Assembly (NCBI GenBank): GCA_951406725.2
Contig: OX597822.1
Coordinates: forward strand, 108,562,001-108,626,000
Source: Octopus vulgaris
Lineage: Eukaryota
DNA length: 64,000 bases
Direction of reading: 5' to 3'
In this document: one piece after another, positions 27,936 through 42,634 of the stretch
How the letters are laid out: each line of letters opens with the position of its first letter
How positions within the stretch are numbered: the first letter of the stretch is position 1
Notes under the pieces: model-generated
What the model was told of the DNA's origin: nothing
Databases searched by the model: none
What the model saw: the letters and a program-made list of their open reading frames with translations, nothing else
Program-made: the position numbers and the translations under genes

Positions 27936-29967
27936 TCAATCTGTAGAATCTGTAGATAGCGACTCAATATTTCTTTCCAATGCAAATTACCACATTTCTA
28001 TATAATCCCATAGGTTATATCAGTCATCTCTCATATTTACAAATACATATTCCAGACATTTTACTAGACACAATACCGAAACCATCATCCACATCCTTGC
28101 TGGGTAGCCTTTACCTGCAAGCATTTATCAACTGATTGAATTGGAGATCTCTGATGCAAATCCACTGAAACATGCCGAGGATGATGCAACTTTGAGTGAC
28201 AGGGGAACCAAATCAACGCACACTTATTTGGGAAAAAGTGTATTTAAACCAATGCCTTTAATAATAACTTATTTAACGTAGAAAATAATGCAAATGAAGG
28301 AATTGCCTAGCAAAGATCCGTAGAAAAGAGGGCAGAAACGCGACCCAGATTTGTGAAAAAAGGATTTCCCCTTGTACTTGAAATTTGGAGGGTGTCGCTG
28401 AGAATTATTCACCAAATTTTACCTGCTGACCCCGGACGAAATGCACTTCCACATTTCGCTTTCACGTTCTACATATTCTTGCACTAAATTAAAGCCAGTA
28501 GATATTGTATCCTGTAGCAAAAGCGATGTGTTTTCCAAGGCCAATATATTTGTAAGGAGTCTTTATCTATAGCGATGAGAAATAAGAATTTCTCAGTTTC
28601 TCTTCATAACTTCAGACTTGGTGTATTCTCCTGTTCGTTTAGCATACATCTTACCGGATTTAGCCTAGATTCTGTGAAGAGCTGATTTCGAGCAGGATGA
28701 AGACTAGAAATATTTGTGGTCAATTAGAAGATAATCGAAAATCAAAATGACAGCATAAATCTAATAAAGGTCAGCTTTTCCCAAACAGAGTTAATGAGAA
28801 TTTCCACAGATATATTGCACTCATGCTACATAAATTCTGCATTATACAGCTAAAAACTATGCATCAGTGAAGAACTATCATGCGACTTTCTTTATTGGCA
28901 TTAAAATATATACAATCGAGTATACGGCAGAGAATCATAATCAGTTTAACATATTTATTCTCTAATTGTGTGGTGAACTAATTATAAATACATATGGAGG
29001 TTGGCTTTAATACAGTTTTCTGATACATGGAGTGTGTATACATTATGATGACGCGAATAAAACGGACTCTAGAATGTTCATCATATGTCTTTGCTACTCG
29101 ACAAAATATTTCTTTATATACGCTTGTATTTCGACCTCTTTTAGACCTCTTCAAACTGAGTTAAATTAGCTCACATATCTGTGTTCTTCATTTTTATTTC
29201 AAGGCATTTTCTTGCTTATTAAGTAAAAGTATTCTTTAACTAATATTTTTAGTGATATCAGTCATAATCTATTAACTCCAATTTGAAACATGAGCAATAT
29301 AAAAATATAGTTATAGTGTTATTAGTCGGTCAGAGAGAAGCTAACAAAAAGCGTTACATCTTTTCCTATTGCAGATTAAAAATAAATGTGGCTAACGAAA
29401 TTCTGTTTTTTTCTCATATCGAGTGTATGAGATAATTGTAATATTAAATTTAGACAAAAATGCTGCACAGAATTTTGATACCAACAAATATAAATCTTAA
29501 AGAAGGAAAATCACAGGGAACTATTGTAGTACGATGATCTTTAGTTTCCAATAACAGTTTCATGGCATTTCACATTGCCATTCTGAAAAACCCATGTAAA
29601 GAGTTTGTGTATTATTTGTGGTGTTCTTGGCCTCTCTAGATAATACAGAATCGATTTGTTCTAAATGTTTCCATTTACTTAGGAGGAAGAAAATTCTGAA
29701 ACGAACAAACACATGCAAAGACGGTATATATTGATATCATATAACGCTTCGTATATAGTAATATGTGTTATAGATAATAAATGATTGTTCTTTTTTCACA
29801 CAAATCCTACATGATCTAGTAGAGTACACATGCAGAAAAAACAACTTTTGAAGCATCGAAAAATAAAAGGGTTCTTTGATTAAAAAACAAATACAGAAAG
29901 GAGATAGTTGTGTTTCTTCGTTCCATTTTAATCTCTGGTCGTGCTTGCTAATTCATTAGGTATTCTG

Positions 29968-30042
<75 letters not shown>

Positions 30043-30121
30043 CACACACACACACATATATATATACATGTATACATACATACATATATCTATATATACA
30101 CACATGCATACCCACACAGAC

Positions 30122-30238
<117 letters not shown>

Positions 30239-31700
30239 TGCTTCTATGTATACACGTATGTATTTGCTTGTTTACTAAGAAACACTGTGAAATCTTATAT
30301 AAAGTGAAGTGCTCTAAATTCCTCCGAGTCATAAGTCTAACACATACAGTAGAACGAATATTTTTGACATAAGTTTGTACAATATAACGGCATTCTGTTT
30401 TATCAGGTATGACCTATTCCCGTGATAATTTTATGTTTGCTTATCGAAATGCATTTTTCGTAACCCAATAAATGCATTTTGGCAAGCAAGTGAAGCGTTC
30501 TATAAAAACAAAGAAAAACAAGATTAAATTATTTCTGATAAAATTCAGGAAAACGCAATAAGGTCTATGCCGACATAATGTTTTCAGTCGTATAATTTTC
30601 TACTGAAAACCTTTTTCAAGTAATAGACAAAAATATCACGTCTCATGTGTTAGCAAACACACACACACACACACAATTACACACAGAGAAACACCTTCAC
30701 AATACACTGACACATATGCACACACTCAGATACACACATACACACGCATATACATGCATATATAGAAAAGCAAAAAACAAACAAATCAATGTTATGTATG
30801 GAAGCGACAAATAAATAGATGATATAGGAAGTAGCAAAATACGTAATGAAATAAAGGAGAAGATTCGAAACAAAATAAGAACAAAGAAATATTGCGCAAA
30901 TTATAGGTATTTGGAGCCATAAAAGAAACTAAAAAACATTTGAGGCTTTGGGCTTTATCCTTGATCAAAGAGGAAGGAAAAGTTATAAGATGTGTTACAA
31001 ACAATGAAATGGAATTGCTACTCAATTTATGTTGCATATTATATCGCAGGCTTACAACAGAAATAAGATGTTGGTAACTGGAATGGTAGAAATGCAAGCG
31101 GTAACCCAATGACGAGAAAGTTAGAATAGATAACAGAGTGTACGGTTGGGAGTTGAGGTTACCCATATGTTAGGAGATAATGTGGTAATGGGTCTGAAGG
31201 TTATTCAAGGCAACACATTTGACATCCCCAACAGGAGATTGGGAGAGTGATTGAAATGAAGTGACCGAGATAAAATATCTAAAATATTTCTTTCGTTCCA
31301 ATAAGACAATATATATTTTTCTGTTCGATCTTAATCAGAAACCAGGAGCCCTCTCATGAACCGAAAGCCTTATTGGTGAGAAGATGCTACCCATATAATC
31401 TGGATGCTTTTCACCGTGTTAGAGGAACACTGTTCAGCACATTACAAGATGTTATGCCCTAAATCTTTTAGATTGTATTTTCCCTCGAACTTCAATATTT
31501 CCGATTACTGGAGGAAAATTATTTCATAGATGTAACATATGCAAAAATATCACATCAAGGGTGATATATTTCTCGACCGAAACATTATACTTGCCGCAAA
31601 GTTTTCACCGATTCATTTCATTTTTTCTCTTCTCAGAGATGTGTGGGTTTACATGCTCACAGGCGTCCTCAAATTTATCATTCATTATTATATATTCCAG

Positions 31701-31990
31701 TGAAGGTGCGTGGATTAGTGGTTATGGTATTTAACTCGCAATCGTAAGGTCGTGTCCTCAGTTGCCAGCTATGCTTTGTGTCCTTCAGTAAGACATTTTA
31801 TTTCACGTTGCGCCAGCCCACTGAGCTGGAAAATATGAGTAGTAGCTATGTTTCAAAGGGGCGGCCATATCATGCGGAATCTCTCTGAGAACTACGTTAA
31901 GTGTACACATTCCTGTGGGTTGCTCAGACACTTGAATCCTAATTTTCATGAGCAGGCTTTTCCGTGATCGCATCAACAGACGAAGTGCTG
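31701..31990 (+). mobile_element. Degenerate SINE family B
   Basis: gaaggtgcgtggattagtggtt...gtgtccttcagtaagaca...gagaactacgttaag; matches the 43218 copy. Confidence 0.8.
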
Positions 31991-32280
31991 GTACTACAAT
32001 ATATTCCAATAAACAATTAAGCAGCACACAATTATGTAAGTGTCAGTGTTATTGAGTTGTAATATTGACCATGTCACTTAAACTATGATCTACTAAATGG
32101 TTTACATATAGTTTAATATAGTCTCCAGGTATTAACAGTATCTACCATGTATAAGCCCTTTCTTCATAAATCAATATTTTAACGTACTTTATAAAATTAG
32201 AGTACATCAACAGACAATAATACATCAACTTCGTTAACTTTCAAATACGTACAACGTCCACATCCATAGAGTACATACGT

Positions 32281-32663
32281 GGAAACGCAATGGCCTAGGG
32301 GTTAGGGCAGCGGACGCGCGGACGTAGGATCGCGGTTTCGATTCCCAGACCGGGCGTTGTGAGTGTTTATTGAGCGAAAACACCTAAAAGCACCACGAGG
32401 CTCCGGCAGGGATGGTGGTGATCCCTGCTGTACACTTTCACCACAACTTTCTCTCACTCTTACTTCCTGTTTCTGTTGTACCTGTATTTCAAAGGGCCGG
32501 CCTTGTCACTCTCTGTGTCACGCTGAATATCCCCGAGAACTACGTTAAGGGTACACGTGTATGTGGAGTGATCAGCCACTCACACGTTAATTTCACGAGC
32601 AGGCTGTTCCGTTGATCGGATCAACCGGAACCCTCGTCGTCGTAACCGACGAAGAGCTTCCAA
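32281..32663 (+). mobile_element. tRNA-derived SINE family B' (different middle, shared 3' half)
   Basis: Box A tggcctagggg, box B ggtttcgattccc, 3' half shared with 43218, TSD agtacatac at 32270 and 32664. Confidence 0.92.
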
Positions 32664-32954
32664 AGTACATACTATGTATACTCACACCGGTTCCAAGAAT
32701 TGAAATATATTCAACAATTCCAAAGAAGAAGCTTGTCAAATAAGTTTCCATTTATGACGCCTACACATGCGCGGTTAAAACTATTATAATGGCGTCATTT
32801 CCAATGCATCAACAACACATATGTTCAATACGTTGCTATATATAATAGCCGTTGCAATATAAATTTGCTAATCATAGCAAGAGCACATATATTAATAACA
32901 GCGATGACATTTTATTTCACCATCATTATCGACAGTGCCAGAAAATACGTATCC

Positions 32955-33348
32955 TCTCTCTCTTTACTCTTACTCTTTTACTTGTTTCAGTCATTTCACT
33001 GCGGCCATGCTGAAGCACCGCCTTTTATCGAGCAAATTTACCCCAGTACTTATTGTATCGGTTTCTTTTGCCGAACCGCTAAGTAACGGGGACATAAACA
33101 CACCAGCATCGGTTGTCAAGCAATGCTAGGGGGACAAACACAAACACACAAACAAACACACATACATATATATATATACATATATACGACAGGCTTCTTT
33201 CAGTTTCATCTACCAAATCCACTCACAAGGCATTGGTCGGCCCGGGGCTATAGCAGAAGACACTTGCCCAAGATGCCACGCAGTGGGACTGAACCCGGAA
33301 CCATGTGGTTTGTTAGCAAGCTACTTACCACACAGCCACTCCTGCGCC
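32955..33348 (-). mobile_element. SINE family A, full length
   Basis: Reverse complement of the 14817 consensus. Confidence 0.95.
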
Positions 33349-34974
33349 AATGGATATTCTATCTAGAATATCCTGTGAATATTCTAGAATGCAGAAATGC
33401 TTTTTACATAATAAATAGTCATAACTGCTTATTTGAGACATACATGCTGGAAAACTGCTGAGGATATTTATAGTGACCACTGTAATTATATGTTACTCAT
33501 ATTTAGCCTTACTAATATCTATGTAGAATAGTCTTTACTGAGACTTGTTAGTAATTTACAATGAGATGAGGATACTAAAATATTTACTCTGATAACGAAA
33601 CTGAAGAAAGCTTATATCATAATCTATAAGTAGCCGGATGTGCAGTTTTATTTATCTGCCAATACAATCACTCTTTTATGATTGTCCTTGACGAAATTTA
33701 TCAAATTCCATTTAGTCCCCCTTAAATTATCGCTATTATATTTAATGGATTCAGCCAATGAACTGCATCTATATTAAAGCACTTCTTCTGCTGGGTGCAT
33801 ATATTGTCGAACTAAATACGTTGACTAATGTTCACATTTTCATAGACTCCTGATTCAACGACGATTGTTTGAAATATAAAAACGGATGTAAACATTGACA
33901 TTCAGACGAACACTCAGAAAAACATAGCAAAATATGAGCCATTGATTATATTAAGTTTGATTACACTCTCCAACTATTTTATAAATTCTCCCTTATGCTT
34001 TGTAATGTATTCTTAATATTATCCGTGTAACACCCACACTGGAAAATACGTGGAGTTTTCAACAATAGTTATTCGTCGCGCCATTCCAATGTGTGACAAG
34101 GTCCCTGGAAAGCTTCATTTGGACAACCTCCGTCGTACCTTCCCTAGGTGGCTGGAACGTTAAGACAGGGGCATTGAAGTCAGATAATCCTACTTGCAAA
34201 GAGATTAGATGTTTGTACTTCTTAGAAATTAATTAACTGCTACCAATTTTATCAATACCAAAATGATGAAAGTGGAACATGACCCCGGCAGGATTTGAAC
34301 TCTCTAATGTTTCTATTAGCACAGCAATTTATGCAACGCATATAATGATAATAAAAGAGAATTCTGACCACGATCGCTTAATTTAACTTCCCAATATTAA
34401 AGATCATACACAGTGCATTATTTTAATTTCTAAAATTAAAATTATATAACTTCATGAAAAGAAGATAAACATGACTTATGATATAATTTCTAAAACAGCG
34501 ATACACATACACGCAAAGTGCTATAACACTCGCGCACATTCACAAACCCACAAGCAACGGAACGTAAAACAAGTAGAAATTAAAAAATGATACCTACACA
34601 CAGCAGAGAACACTCGTGATGTTTAGTCACGTGCCGTCCAAATAACACTTAATACGCAAGACCATTTAATCTTAAAAGAAATTAGAAAGTGTCAAATGTA
34701 TTTAAACACAAAGTATTAGCTTAAGCCGAAGATTTAAGGCAGTACAACTCAATACTGCTAATGCAATTTTATGCGTTAGCCAACGAAGTTGGATTTGTTC
34801 ATGTAATCGACTTTGGAGATTATGGAAATAAATCAAAGAATTCACGAAGACTATATCAATCACTCCCCTACCTCCATCAAAAAAGAAACAGAAACATTTT
34901 TTTTTCTTGAAAGCATCAATAAGCATTACATATCATTTAATATCCGCACACAAAAAGTACAGTGTATACCGAAA

Positions 34975-35290
34975 ATATTTAGACATTTTGAGAATTGTGT
35001 GTACATACATATCTATAACTATCAAAAGTATATACATTTGCGTGTATACATATCTACAAACACACTCACGCGCACACACACAACACATACACATATTTGT
35101 ATGTATAATTCAAATTTTATTGATATATGTTTAGACATCTTGACATACATTTTGAGAATTGTATGTGTATAAATATCTATACCTATCAAATATATATACA
35201 TCTGCGTGCATAAATATGTATACACACACATATTTGTATGTATAATTCATATTTTATTGATATATGTTTGTGTGAGCATAAATATCTATC
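34975..35290. repeat. Degenerate tandem duplication (about 160 bp), with a third copy at 36120-36270
   Basis: cattttgagaattgt...ctatcaaa...catatttgtatgtataattca..ttttattgatatatgttt repeated. Confidence 0.75.
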
Positions 35291-36841
35291 TTATCTGCCT
35301 ATCTGTCCATATGCGTACATGCACATGTGTTAATGTGGTTGAACGTTGAATTTTTCTTTTTTCCTAAGCTTCCCATTTGCGAATACTCACTTTCTTTGGA
35401 AGTTATGAAAGTGTTATTACTTTAACGTAATAACTTAATTGGTTACTAGATGGAAATTTATTTAATTATACATGCGAAAATATTTTACATAGTTTCGGAT
35501 TAAGCGAAGACTAATCACCTTCGTTTATCATCTAGTTGCGTTAGAGAATGCCACGGAATATATTTAAAGGCGATTTATGGTAAATCTTGACTAAACGTTG
35601 TATGCTTTCTCAAAGTATTCGTGTGAAAGCTTTCATGTTTTGGCAGCTAAAGAACTATTTTGGCTGTATATGTTAAGAAGTAGCTTCAGACTTTACGAAA
35701 TTTCAAGGAATATGGGTAGTTTATTCGATATAGGCTCTTGGAATGTGTTCTAATGTTTACATAACAGCAGTCTCTGTATTAGAATATATGTTTATCCGTG
35801 CTTGAGAGAAAAATTGTAAAACAGGTAAAGAAAGAATATTTTATATGAGCTATAATATAGCTGCTATAACTAAATTAATTGCTCTTTGGTTTTTTTCAAT
35901 TAGAGCTGTAAGATGTATAGCTATTTTGAGATAATTCATGGCGGTATAGCGGATGTGTGAATGTGTGATAGGGAGTAAAATAGAAACCATGAAAAATGAC
36001 ACCAGAGAGTGTAAGACGTGCCCAGGTGGATTGCAGGGATATATTTTTGCAAATAGAGTGTTGACAAGAGTAATACGATAAATTCATTCTCGTGAAGTCA
36101 ATGTGTGAATATCACCTTCTATATATACCTATCAAATATATATATATACATTTGTGTGTATACATATGTATACAAACACCCGCAGACACACAAACACACA
36201 CACACATATATTTATATGTATAATTCATATTTTAATGATGTATGTTTGTGTGAGTGAGCATATCTGTATAGGAGCTCTTTGATTCACGCGAAACGTATGC
36301 TACTTCTTTTGCGCGTATACCTATATATATATGCATAAATTTCAATAATAAGTATTCATGTTTCCTTTTACAGGTGTGATTGGATTGTGTTCAAGACATT
36401 CAACTACTTCAATATATCTGGTCGAAAGGGAATCCATGGCACAAGACTAAAGATTAAACCCGAGCAGAACATGGGTATACAAGAATTGAATTCGTGATTA
36501 TGGCAATATTTAATCATTCACATATTCCAATATAACTGGAAAACTTAAATTATAATCAAGAACAGAAGATATTTCCTCATAGGTCCTCGAAGTAGGTCTA
36601 ATCATGGAGCTAAACATAGCGATAATATTATACAAACCACCAAACTATCATCTGTTTTTCAGTTATTTTATCATCTCAACCAAACTAGGTGCTAGCTTAT
36701 AGCCATGATACTGCACTAACCACTACGTCATACTTCCATCTCATAACCTGATGTAATCGAATTAAAAATAACAAAATGATAGTCTCATAAAGAACAAATT
36801 TATATTCATATATATATAACTAAATATGATATATGTATGTA

Positions 36842-36933
<92 letters not shown>

Positions 36934-36944
36934 CATACATATCG

Positions 36945-37150
36945 CTAAGTATTTAGCGCGCTGGGCGAAAAGCTTAGCGATATTTCGTCTGTCGCTACGT
37001 TCTGAGTTCAAATTCCGCCGAGGTCGACTTTGCCTTTCATCCTCTCGGGGTCGATAAATAAAGTACCAGTTTCGCACTGGGTCGATGTAATCGACTTAAT
37101 CCCTTTGTCTGTCCCTGTTTGTCCCCTCTGTGTTTAGCCCCTTGTGGGTA

Positions 37151-37152
<2 letters not shown>
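36945..37152 (+). mobile_element. SINE family C (Meta-domain-like)
   Basis: Box B gagttcaaattcc; gcctttcatcctctcggggtcgataaataaagtaccag resembles the MetaSINE central domain; tail agccccttgtgggtagta running into (TA)n. Confidence 0.9.
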
Positions 37153-37184
<32 letters not shown>

Positions 37185-37190
<6 letters not shown>

Positions 37191-38826
37191 GCACCTACAT
37201 ACACACACGCACGCATACACACGCATACACACATACATTACACACGTACACACACACCTACATACACATGCACACACACACACACACAAACATGCACGGA
37301 CACACCCAGACATACATACATACACCTATATACACACGCCTACACACCTACATACACACACATATACACACGCCCACACAGCTACATACACACACATACA
37401 TACACACATACACGGACACACCCATACATACTTACATACATACACCTATACACACACGCCTACACACCTACACACACACATGCACACACACACACATGTA
37501 CGCACATACACACACATATACGCACACACATATATACCCACACACATGCACACACACACACATACGCACATACATGCACGCATGCACACGCGCACACCTA
37601 CACGCATACACACACACACACGCACGTACACATACATACATACACACACGCATACATACACACATACACATACATGCATCCTACACACACATACATACAC
37701 ACTCACACATACATACACACACACGCACTCACTCACACACCTGTATGTTCGCGCACACACATGCACATACACACACTTCCCCACACCCACACGTACATAC
37801 ATACACACTCATACACACATACACACACACACACACACACGGACATACATCTATACACACATACATACACACATACTCACATACATTCATCGGACACACT
37901 GCCACCCAGACATACACACAGACACACTCACACATCCACACGCACACATACGTACGCGCACACTCGCAGGCTCGCGCACACACGCGTTTGCGCCGGTTCG
38001 CGCACGCATGCGCCCGCATGCACCTCGCCCTTGGACCCGACGAGACCTCCCGCCCGTTCCTGGGATGTCGCTTGTCGTTGGGTTTTCCCACGCCCGTCTC
38101 CGCGGGACCACTCTTCCATCTTCCCCTCCGCTGGAGTCCTTTTCCTAACCCCCCCCCTTTTTTTCGTTACACACACGCGCACACATATACACACATTGCT
38201 TAAACATATACATCACTCTTACACACATTCAATCTACTCGCCACTAATACTACCACGACACTGGACACACACACACACTACTACTCAACACACGCTGGCA
38301 CGCTACATACGCCCCCACCCCTTCCCCTCCCTCCCTTCCTCCTTCCTCCCTTTTCTCACTACTGACCTTTGTCTGCTATGCTGCTGCTATGCTGACCACC
38401 GTCTCGCCCTACCTCACACGCCTACACACAGACGCACACACTAACACATACATATATTTTTTGTTTTTTTACCTCGCCTCACACACACACATACACACAC
38501 GCACACGCACACACTCACACATACACACACATCTGTTGCGTTACCAACCTTGTCTCCACTCTTTTGCCTTTAAAAACCCACTTTGCTCTTGTTATCGTAA
38601 ACATCCGCCTTTCACCATGTGCTACTGCTAACACCAGCCGTTTTTTTCTCTATCTCCGTTGCCCGCTCCGGGATCTTTCTTTCCTCTCTCTTCCTTCTTT
38701 ATGTTTCCGACGAAGAGCTCCGCTCGAAACGTCATACCTCCCTGCTTCCATTTCCTGAGCGCCTATTAATAATAATACTGTAATTGTTCCCTTGTTGTTG
38801 TTTTTTTGTTTCCCGTTTGGATTAAA
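37185..38826 (+). mobile_element. CA-rich low-complexity block ending in a PLE-type pLTR with a hammerhead motif
   Basis: Imperfect (CA/TA)n for about 800 bp, a CpG-rich core at 37965-38150, then a tail homologous to 39437-39625 and 58625-58835. Confidence 0.6.
38704..38737 (+). ncRNA. Type-I hammerhead ribozyme-like motif (PLE-type, minimal)
   Basis: CCGACGAA-gagc-tcc-gctc-GAAAC-GTC: core with a U4C variant, stem II, palindromic ACGT stem III and GUC site. Confidence 0.7.
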
Positions 38827-38849
38827 ATTATATATATATATATATATAT

Positions 38850-39333
38850 ATAAGGAAAATAAAAACGGAAAATACGCACACTTACATGGCTATAGTATAA
38901 TTTTTAATGTATCGACCGGTTTCGCAATCGCTATTCATGATACAATGTTTAATTTATATGAAAATATTTTTTTTTTCTTACGAAGAAAATGGGTCCATTT
39001 TTAAAGTATCGACCGGTTTCGCAATCGTTATTCATGATACAATGTTTAACGTATTTGAAAATATATTTTTTCTTAAGAAAAAAAATGGGTCCATGTTGTT
39101 TATAATGAGATTCACTCTTGAATCTCACTATAAACAACAAGGACACATTTTCTTCTTAATAAAAAATATATTTTCAAATACGTTAAACATTGTATCATGA
39201 ATAACATTGCGAAACCGGTCGATACATTAAAAATTATACCATAACCATGTAAGTGTGCGTATTTTCCGTTTTTATTTTCCTTATATACATTACAATCCAC
39301 CACGTGGGGACAACCGAAATTCCTCATTTCTGT
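38850..39333. mobile_element. PLE pLTR-derived long palindrome with internal tandem duplication
   Basis: Arms about 38850-39114 and 39119-39287 around loop ctct. The left arm has a duplicated unit of about 97 bp. gcGAAACCGGTCgatac occurs three times. Confidence 0.8.
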
Positions 39334-39357
39334 TATATATATATATTTATATATATA

Positions 39358-39417
<60 letters not shown>

Positions 39418-39436
39418 TATATATGTATATATATAT

Positions 39437-39625
39437 AGTTAATCCAAACAAGAAGACACAACAAAAACACAGCAATGCGAGGACGTGGAGCAAATAAATT
39501 ATTATTGTACGCTCAGGGAAGAAGGGAAGGAGGGTTTAACGTTTCGAGCGGAGCTCTTCGTCGGAAACAAAGGAGAAGGAAAGATCCCGAGAACGGAAGA
39601 CAGAGGAAAAAAAATTGCTGGCAGT
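39437..39625 (-). mobile_element. PLE-type pLTR fragment
   Basis: Homologous to 58625-58835 and 38640-38826; flanked by (TA)n. Confidence 0.8.
39534..39568 (-). ncRNA. Type-I hammerhead ribozyme-like motif
   Basis: Minus: GTTT-CCGACGAA-gagc-tcc-gctc-GAAAC-GTT-AAAC; stem I GTTT/AAAC intact. Confidence 0.75.
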
Positions 39626-40562
39626 GCTATATATATATATATATTAATTTCATATATATAAATATTTTTTTAATAGAAGCATCTGATGTTGCATTTGAAT
39701 AGAAAGGTAAGGGATTAAGAAGGAAACCGGATATCTCTCTCCATGCCAAAAAACAAGATATCTTACTGCATATATCTCTATGTACAGACAAGAAAATTTC
39801 ATACATTTTACAACGAAATATACATAATATAAAGAGCATATTTGTATAAATTGATTGTAAATAGTTTCAAATAGACAAAGTATTATATAGTTTTTGTAGT
39901 GTTTGTTTAGTTTTTATATAAAGTTGTCAGTCTCACGAGGCAGATGTATTTAATTGTGATTCTATAATTTTTAGTTTGATAATGTAAAAATATGTCGAAA
40001 ATCGGGACAAAAATAACTGCGTTAGTATCCAATACAAGTCTACATCAATTCAGGAAATATAACGATGAAGTGTCAATTAAAAATGCATTAACCAAACAGA
40101 ATCATGAATAATTTATATAAAGACCAAAACAAGCAAAATAACAATGAAAACAATAACCTTCAACATTTGATAAATACTTTTAATGATAAATTATTCAAAC
40201 CTTTATAGAATATTAAAAAGATAAAGAGAACAATTAATTACTTGTATGTTCTTGAGGTTGAGACAGGCACTGTTGATTGTTATATAAATTGCTAATTCTG
40301 TTATGTTTAATTGAATATGTACACAAAATTCTTAATCGCAAAATGAAGAATAGCGTTTATTAATGAATACTAAATGTGAACAGATGTCATCAACATTCTC
40401 TTGAGTTCTTTTTTCGATGAGAGAAGTAGTGTCAATTAAACATTCCAGAGTACCTCGTAGATGGCAATTACAATTCATCATGGTTAGTCGGTAACACAAA
40501 AAATACTGTAATGATAGTATCAGGTAACATTTTGTGCATCGTCGATCATTGAATGACGTCGC

Positions 40563-40608
<46 letters not shown>

Positions 40609-40793
40609 GTGTTTCTTTGTGTGAGCGTGTACGTGCGTAGGTCACTGTATGTATGTGTGTATATATACATCTACATACTTATATATGGGTATAAAAACAT
40701 ATACATTTATATTTATGTAACACGTATATACATACCTCCACAATGCTTGCATATGTAAATATATATATACATGTACGTACATGCATATTTATA

Positions 40794-40825
<32 letters not shown>

Positions 40826-40948
40826 ACTAATTATTTCTTTCTATATGTTTCATAACTATGTATAGAGTTGTATACATATCTGCATATACGCATATAAATA
40901 TACGTGTGTGTGTGTGTGTATGGATATATTTACATATATATATATATA

Positions 40949-41020
<72 letters not shown>

Positions 41021-41450
41021 CACACACTCGCACATACACATATATATATACATACACATATATACACAAATAGCGTGTCTACATATACATGAGTATATGT
41101 ATGTATGAGTTATTGACACAATGTATTGAAACATGGTGCCTAGCCGACGATGCAAAGAGGTGACTTTTACAAAACAGCTTTTGTAATCTTGGTTAAAATT
41201 TAAATTTAGGCGAAACATGTTTTCGTCTCTCAGTTGGATCTCTCTTTTCAAAATATTACAATGACACCATATAAAATAGATTATTTTTTCCTGGTGTCCT
41301 ATGTATGAGAACATGAATATAAGTGTGTATCTGTTGGTGGCTGACTAATTGAGTTCGAAAAGAAAGAGGAAATGAGATAGAGATATATATCCAGGTAGAC
41401 AGAGTGATAGATAAATAAATAGAAAGATAGATAGACACATACATACATAT

Positions 41451-41530
<80 letters not shown>

Positions 41531-42634
41531 GTATATATAGGTAGATAGAGAGGTAAATAAATAAAGATAGGTAGATAGTTTGAAATGGGGGCGAAAGAGG
41601 GAAATACAGACAAATATATTCTATATCAGTATCGGCGAATAATTCAGCGGTATTTTAAAGATATCTTTTTATGCATCTCACAAAACTAAGATTCTCATAG
41701 ATTTTTCAAACTGTGTGAAACGTCTTTTTACCTTTCTTATGTAAGGGAGGATGTAACTAATGAATGAAGTTAAGTATAAATGCTGCATATCACGTACCTT
41801 CACACACACTCACACACACACATGCCCATGCGTGAGTGTGTGCATATTTTGTGAATGTAAGTGTATAACTGGAACAGATATTACAAAACTTATTTAACTT
41901 AAACCACATATATTCTCCACTGACTAAACAACACCAGTGAGCAGCTAATTTATATTCAAGTTGCATATGTCAATACGTTCGAGAACAATTGATTATATGC
42001 AAACTGGTAAACTATGGTAAAGTAGTATAAAACGTGTTCAGGGTGTTATATATGATATTTAACATGGCAAGCAATGATGCCATAAATGAATAGTTAGACA
42101 TTACTTTTATTTAAAATACTTGCTCTATATAAGTACCAAAAAAGTAAAACATAAATCCGTCTTGAAATACAATTATGGCCCACAGCTGTTCTTGCTTAGG
42201 AAGTTGAACAGAATATATAAATAGCGGAAATATAACAATACATACAAAATATATATTTCCAAATATATACATAGGAACGCGTGCGCATACAGACACACAC
42301 TCATATACGAACAAAATGGTTTTATACAAATATTTCCAAAAAGTTACTCAGAAGCACACAGTTAAGGAGCCACTGTTGTATATATATTTTTGAAATTCTG
42401 TATTATCTGTGTATATCTCACTGATCAGACACAGTATATTTTTATACAGGGCTAAAAATCAGGATCAGATATTATCCAAAAATTTTTTCTAGTTTATTTG
42501 TCCATTTGTCTTTTCACCTTGTGCTGTATGAATGTGTGAAGTGGGTTTAGAGTCAAGTTTTGAACGTTATCTCTAGCATGGTGTTATCTCTTAGATACTC
42601 TCAATTATGATTTTAATAATAATTAATACATATA

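Noticed and set aside
32645-32662. ccgacgaagagcttcc resembling the gagc/gctc hammerhead start
   Set aside because: It is the SINE B tail (the 43218 copy reads ccgacggagtct); no stem II or GAAAC follows.
37130-38444. Long His/Thr-rich ORFs (357, 334 and 256 aa)
   Set aside because: CA-rich low complexity is open in all frames because it lacks stop codons.
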